From assembly GCA_012521915.1 (NCBI GenBank), contig JAAYLM010000001.1, positions 1 to 39,384 on the forward strand: DNA of 39,384 nt. The letters are read 5' to 3'. How positions within the stretch are numbered: position 1 is the stretch's first letter; each line of letters opens with the position of its first letter. Source of the DNA: Oscillospiraceae bacterium (GTDB taxonomy: Bacteria; Bacillota; Clostridia; Saccharofermentanales; UBA5734). The notes below the pieces were generated by a model. The model was given only the letters and a program-made list of their open reading frames with translations, had not been told where the DNA came from and searched no databases. The position numbers were made by a program, and so were the translations under genes. This document shows positions 36,179 through 39,384 of this stretch, in pieces.

Positions 36179-37626
36179 GACTGCAGCTCCTGCAGGTAAA
36201 CCACAAGGTCGATGACCCTGCTCTCTGAACGGCGGAAAACACGCAGCTGGAGTTCAGTACCCACTGGCTGGGCCTGGAGGAATGTGCTTAAATCCATCGT
36301 CGGGCTGACGGCTTCATCATTAATGGAAACGATCACGTCGTTACGGCGTAAATCAGCCACATATGCAGGGCTGTCTTGAATCACACTGCTGATGTACAAG
36401 CCATCGGGAAAGCGATACAGCCGCTGCAGTTCCAGAAAACTGCTTTCATGAAGCACCGTTATGCCCAGCCAGGCTCGTTCACCAGGTTTATCAGCACTTT
36501 CCAGGGCTCGGGCTACGTACAGCAGCGCGTCAACCGGCAGCGCACGGAGCCGGGTATCCAGAGGATCCGTAATAAGACCGCAGTTGGTCAGGCCAATCAC
36601 TTCACCTTGCAGATTAAGCAACGGACCACCTGCATCCCGCGAGCTGATTTTCAAGTCAGTCTGGATCATCTGGATCGACAAGCCGTCCTCCAGAATAACG
36701 GTACGGTTCAGTGCACTGATAAAACCACTGGTTAGGCCACCTTCCGCCATGAGCATTTCAGGATAGCCAACAGCCAGAACGGTCTGCCCCACATGAAGCT
36801 CGGGCGTAAGGGCAAAGCGGGGCACCGTCAACTTTTTTTCTCCATTTTTTATGGAGAAGGCGGCCACGCCGGTCACCTGGTCACGACCAAGATAGGTCGC
36901 CTGCAGGATCCTGTCTGCCTGGTGCACCATGATCTCAATGCGGGCTTCTGCCAGCAGGCCTCCGTTTTTATCCAGGGCGATATCCATGACAGAAGCATCC
37001 GTCACGATCAGTCCTTTTTCATCAACAATCAAGCCGGAAGCTTCATCGGTCTGGACGGTCTTTGTATATTTGGACGGAACAACAACCTGGATACGCACAA
37101 CAGCAGGTGCAATCTCAGCGTAAGCCTCCTGAACCAGCTGGTACAGTTCCCAGAGATGCGGGTTTGGCAAGGGCTCCCCAGCGGATTGCGAAGGTTCGGC
37201 ACTAGGTGTAGGCGATAGGGATGGGGTTTCACCTGGAGACACTTGTGGCGACAATGGTGCCGCCTGTGTCGGTGTGACGCTTGCAGATGGCGCAGCCGTT
37301 GTCGTCGGCTGCGGTTCAGGTGTCGGTTTGGCCGTCAATGTGGGCCGCGGTGAAGGCGTGTACGGCCTGGACGTGGGCGCGGCAGGCGTGATCGTGATGC
37401 CATCTGTCTTCGTGGTGGATTCAGTTGCCACAGTGGTGTTGTCCGGTAGAAGCGTCTCCGCGGCTTGACCGGCCAGCAAGGAGACCCAGCGCGAGCCTTT
37501 GTTGCTCAGAAGGCCGCGAACAAGCAGGGCAGTTGTCAGCAACGAGGCTGCCAGCGCGGAGAACAGGGCAATCGCGATTACCCCGGTAATCCATTTCGTT
37601 TTGATCCTCAACCTGTGACCTCCCAT
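36175..37626 (-). CDS. Membrane-anchored HtrA/DegP-family homologue with a PDZ domain; the catalytic triad is not conserved (predicted pseudoprotease)
   Basis: 483 aa. It has an N-terminal TM helix, a Pro/Thr/Ser-rich linker of about 80 aa, a trypsin-like fold (GFISALNRTV, IQTD...GGPLLNLQGEVIGL) and a C-terminal PDZ domain (WLGITV...GLYISSVIQDSPAYVADLRRNDVIVSIN). The triad positions read Ser, Gly and Ala instead of His, Asp and Ser. An alternative start is the TTG at 37611, 7 nt after GGAGG. Confidence 0.8.
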   Translation of the reverse strand: MGGHRLRIKTKWITGVIAIALFSALAASLLTTALLVRGLLSNKGSRWVSLLAGQAAETLLPDNTTVATESTTKTDGITITPAAPTSRPYTPSPRPTLTAKPTPEPQPTTTAAPSASVTPTQAAPLSPQVSPGETPSLSPTPSAEPSQSAGEPLPNPHLWELYQLVQEAYAEIAPAVVRIQVVVPSKYTKTVQTDEASGLIVDEKGLIVTDASVMDIALDKNGGLLAEARIEIMVHQADRILQATYLGRDQVTGVAAFSIKNGEKKLTVPRFALTPELHVGQTVLAVGYPEMLMAEGGLTSGFISALNRTVILEDGLSIQMIQTDLKISSRDAGGPLLNLQGEVIGLTNCGLITDPLDTRLRALPVDALLYVARALESADKPGERAWLGITVLHESSFLELQRLYRFPDGLYISSVIQDSPAYVADLRRNDVIVSINDEAVSPTMDLSTFLQAQPVGTELQLRVFRRSESRVIDLVVYLQELQS

Positions 37627-37726
37627 TCTGGAATAACCTAAGTGGTCGAGAAAGGTGTCCTTATTCTAGCGAAAAAAAGTGAAGGTAATATGAACAAGGT
37701 TCAATATTTCTTTGACATGGCCTGAA

Positions 37727-39244
37727 TCAGGGAGTCTGGAGGGTGAAAACAAAGCGGGCGCCGCCCAGGTCACTCCTGGCGACCTGGATACGCTGGCCGT
37801 GTGCCGCCAGAATCGTACGGCAGATATAGAGGCCCAAACCGGACCCCCGGGCTGTTCGCGATTTGTCTACTTTGTAGAAGCGGTCGAAAATATAGGGATA
37901 CTCGTGTTCCGGGACACCTGGTCCGCTGTCATCGATCACCACTTCGATTTCTTTAGCGCGGTTTGATTTTCTGGTCGTCAGGGCAATAATGCCGTCTTCC
38001 GGCGTAAAACGGATGGCGTTGATGATGATGTTGTATACAACACGGCTGATGGCTTCGCGATCGCCCAGAACCAGCAGACGGTCATGGTCATCACCCATAA
38101 ATTCCGTCTGGACATCCAGTTTTTTTTCATCCAGCAGAGCCTCCAGGCCAATCAGGTCCTCTTTGATCACCTGATTGATGTCAAAGACGGTATGGTTCAG
38201 TTTTTGCTGCTGCTCCAGCACAGACCCTTCAAACATCGTGTTGATAAGCGTCTGCAACCGCAAAACCTCCTGTTTGACGATTTCCAGGTAATGCCCGTGG
38301 CGCTCCGGCGGGATGGTGCCGTCCAACATGCCTTCGATAAACCCGAAGATGGAGGTTATGGGTGTGCGCAGATCGTGCGACACACTGGAGATAAAGTCTT
38401 TGCGGTCGCGCTCCTGGTTGGCTAGCTTCTCGATCATGTCGTTCATGGTTCCGACCAGCATGGTCAGATCGTCCGAAAAAATAGAATGTTTGCGCCAGCG
38501 CCGGGCATCCACCTTGATGCCTGGCAGCTCAACCCGCGCGGTAAGGTCGCCACGTGCGACTTTATCGGCGGCTTCAGCCAGTAGGCGAATCGGGCGCGTA
38601 ATGCTGCTTGTGAGCATTCCGTTGAGCAGCAGGGCGATGACAAACGCGATAATAAACGAAGCGATCAGGCCGTTGGTCATCAGAAAGGAGGCAAATGTCC
38701 GGCTGCCCTGGCGGTAGTGCAGCTGAATCTCACCGCGATAACCCAAAGTGCCGCTGGGGACAGGATATACAGCTGACAGCCAATAACCGCCCATCTCCCG
38801 GAATAGTCCGGAAAAATCACCGGTCAGCGTCATACCAGAAGTGCCTGCTGTACGGGCGCGCAGATGCTGTTCCGGCAATAGATAATAACCTCTCCCGGAA
38901 CGTTCCAGCGTCTTGAGGATCTCGGCAGGTATACCTGTGTGCAGAACCAATTCACCTTCCTGGTTGACGATCCAGACAATGGCACCGCTGGAACGGGCCG
39001 TGAAATTGACATAGCTGCTGACCTGACGGTCATTGATCTCGCCTGTTTCATCCATGTTGAGCGCGATGGTGCCGGAGATCGCCTGGGCTGCCTGCAGCAG
39101 CTTGCTCGCCTGCTGTTGCACGGTTGTCTGGGATACTATGATATAGTAGGCAAAACCCAGAACAAAAAAAACCAGCAGGATAACCAGTGTCAGTTGGGTG
39201 ATCGTGCGGGCAAAAACAGAGCGCAGCAGTCGAAAACGAGGCAT
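37727..39244 (-). CDS. Sensor histidine kinase (two TM helices, extracytoplasmic domain, HAMP, HisKA, HATPase_c)
   Basis: 505 aa with H-box SHDLRTPITSI, N-box NAIRFTP, and G-boxes DSGPGV and GSGLGL. The TM helices flank a loop of about 150 aa. Confidence 0.88.
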   Translation of the reverse strand: MPRFRLLRSVFARTITQLTLVILLVFFVLGFAYYIIVSQTTVQQQASKLLQAAQAISGTIALNMDETGEINDRQVSSYVNFTARSSGAIVWIVNQEGELVLHTGIPAEILKTLERSGRGYYLLPEQHLRARTAGTSGMTLTGDFSGLFREMGGYWLSAVYPVPSGTLGYRGEIQLHYRQGSRTFASFLMTNGLIASFIIAFVIALLLNGMLTSSITRPIRLLAEAADKVARGDLTARVELPGIKVDARRWRKHSIFSDDLTMLVGTMNDMIEKLANQERDRKDFISSVSHDLRTPITSIFGFIEGMLDGTIPPERHGHYLEIVKQEVLRLQTLINTMFEGSVLEQQQKLNHTVFDINQVIKEDLIGLEALLDEKKLDVQTEFMGDDHDRLLVLGDREAISRVVYNIIINAIRFTPEDGIIALTTRKSNRAKEIEVVIDDSGPGVPEHEYPYIFDRFYKVDKSRTARGSGLGLYICRTILAAHGQRIQVARSDLGGARFVFTLQTP

Positions 39245-39252
39245 GGTGTCAC

Positions 39253-39384
39253 TCAGCTTGTTTCAAATTTGTAGCCAACACCCCAGACAGTCTTAATGAT
39301 CCAGGCCAGGTGTGGACCGGCAACATCCAGCTTTTCCCTGATGCGCTTGATGTGCACATCAACCGTACGCGATTCGCCGTAAAA
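39253..39384 (-). CDS. OmpR/PhoB-family response regulator, C-terminal 43 codons only (gene runs off the right edge)
   Basis: My own minus-strand translation gives [43 protein letters not shown], the winged-helix recognition helix and wing consensus (VDVHIxRLRxKL...I.TVRGVGY). The stop lies 8 nt upstream of the kinase ATG. It is too short to appear in the ORF track. Confidence 0.7.
   Translation of the reverse strand, partial: FYGESRTVDVHIKRIREKLDVAGPHLAWIIKTVWGVGYKFETS

Noticed and set aside
37691-37702. GAAC...GTTC core that superficially resembles a Firmicutes SOS box upstream of the HtrA-like gene
   Set aside because: The spacer is 3 nt, not 4, and the flanks are AT-rich rather than CGAAC/GTTCG. 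I treat it as part of the larger inverted repeat reported in the findings.
1-39384. Scan for tRNA/rRNA, CRISPR repeats, IS elements, integrases, phage genes, toxin-antitoxin pairs or known defence genes, and for low-GC islands
   Set aside because: None was found by eye. There are no T-loop GGTTCGAATCC-like sequences in a tRNA context, no regularly spaced repeats and no transposase, recombinase or nuclease-helicase defence signatures. AT-rich stretches are confined to short promoter regions. A computational repeat and covariance-model scan would be needed to exclude small ncRNAs.

Overview
GC-rich, gene-dense chromosomal segment that looks like a Firmicutes/Clostridia-type genome. Supporting signs are GGAGG ribosome-binding sites, glgD and mutS2, dnaE-pfkA linkage and recG-rsmD-coaD synteny. 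About 30 CDS are present, nearly all on the minus strand and nearly all housekeeping. From left to right: a partial ceramidase-like gene, a Cys-type sulfatase and a DUF362/2x[4Fe-4S] protein, then a GH13 alpha-glucosidase/neopullulanase-like gene and glgA-glgD-glgC-glgB (transcribed glgB to GH13). Next come a four-subunit 2-oxoacid:ferredoxin oxidoreductase (delta-alpha-beta-gamma), a small P-loop NTPase, divergent oadG-oadB (Na+-decarboxylase membrane subunits) plus an ApgM-family mutase, then nagB, mutS2, pgsA, pfkA, dnaE and a phosphoglucomutase-type mutase. After these are uvrB (interrupted by a frameshift), ilvE (+ strand), a coiled-coil protein, coaD, rsmD, recG, nth, an HtrA-like protein, a sensor histidine kinase and the 3' end of an OmpR-type response regulator. 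I found no rRNA, tRNA, CRISPR array, transposase, integrase, phage gene, recognisable defence gene or compositional island by eye. I do not see a convincing new multi-gene system, and the window reads as ordinary core genome. Four oddities can be supported from the sequence. (1) The HtrA-family protein next to the two-component system has all three catalytic-triad positions substituted, so it is a membrane-anchored pseudoprotease. (2) uvrB is split by a 2-nt deletion-like frameshift. (3) A cytoplasmic Cys-type sulfatase sits between a DUF362 Fe-S protein and a ceramidase-like gene, with no radical-SAM maturase in view. (4) A UreG/HypB-like P-loop NTPase lacking metal-binding motifs lies just upstream of the oxidoreductase operon. 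All functional calls come from motif recognition and remembered family consensus, not from database searches.
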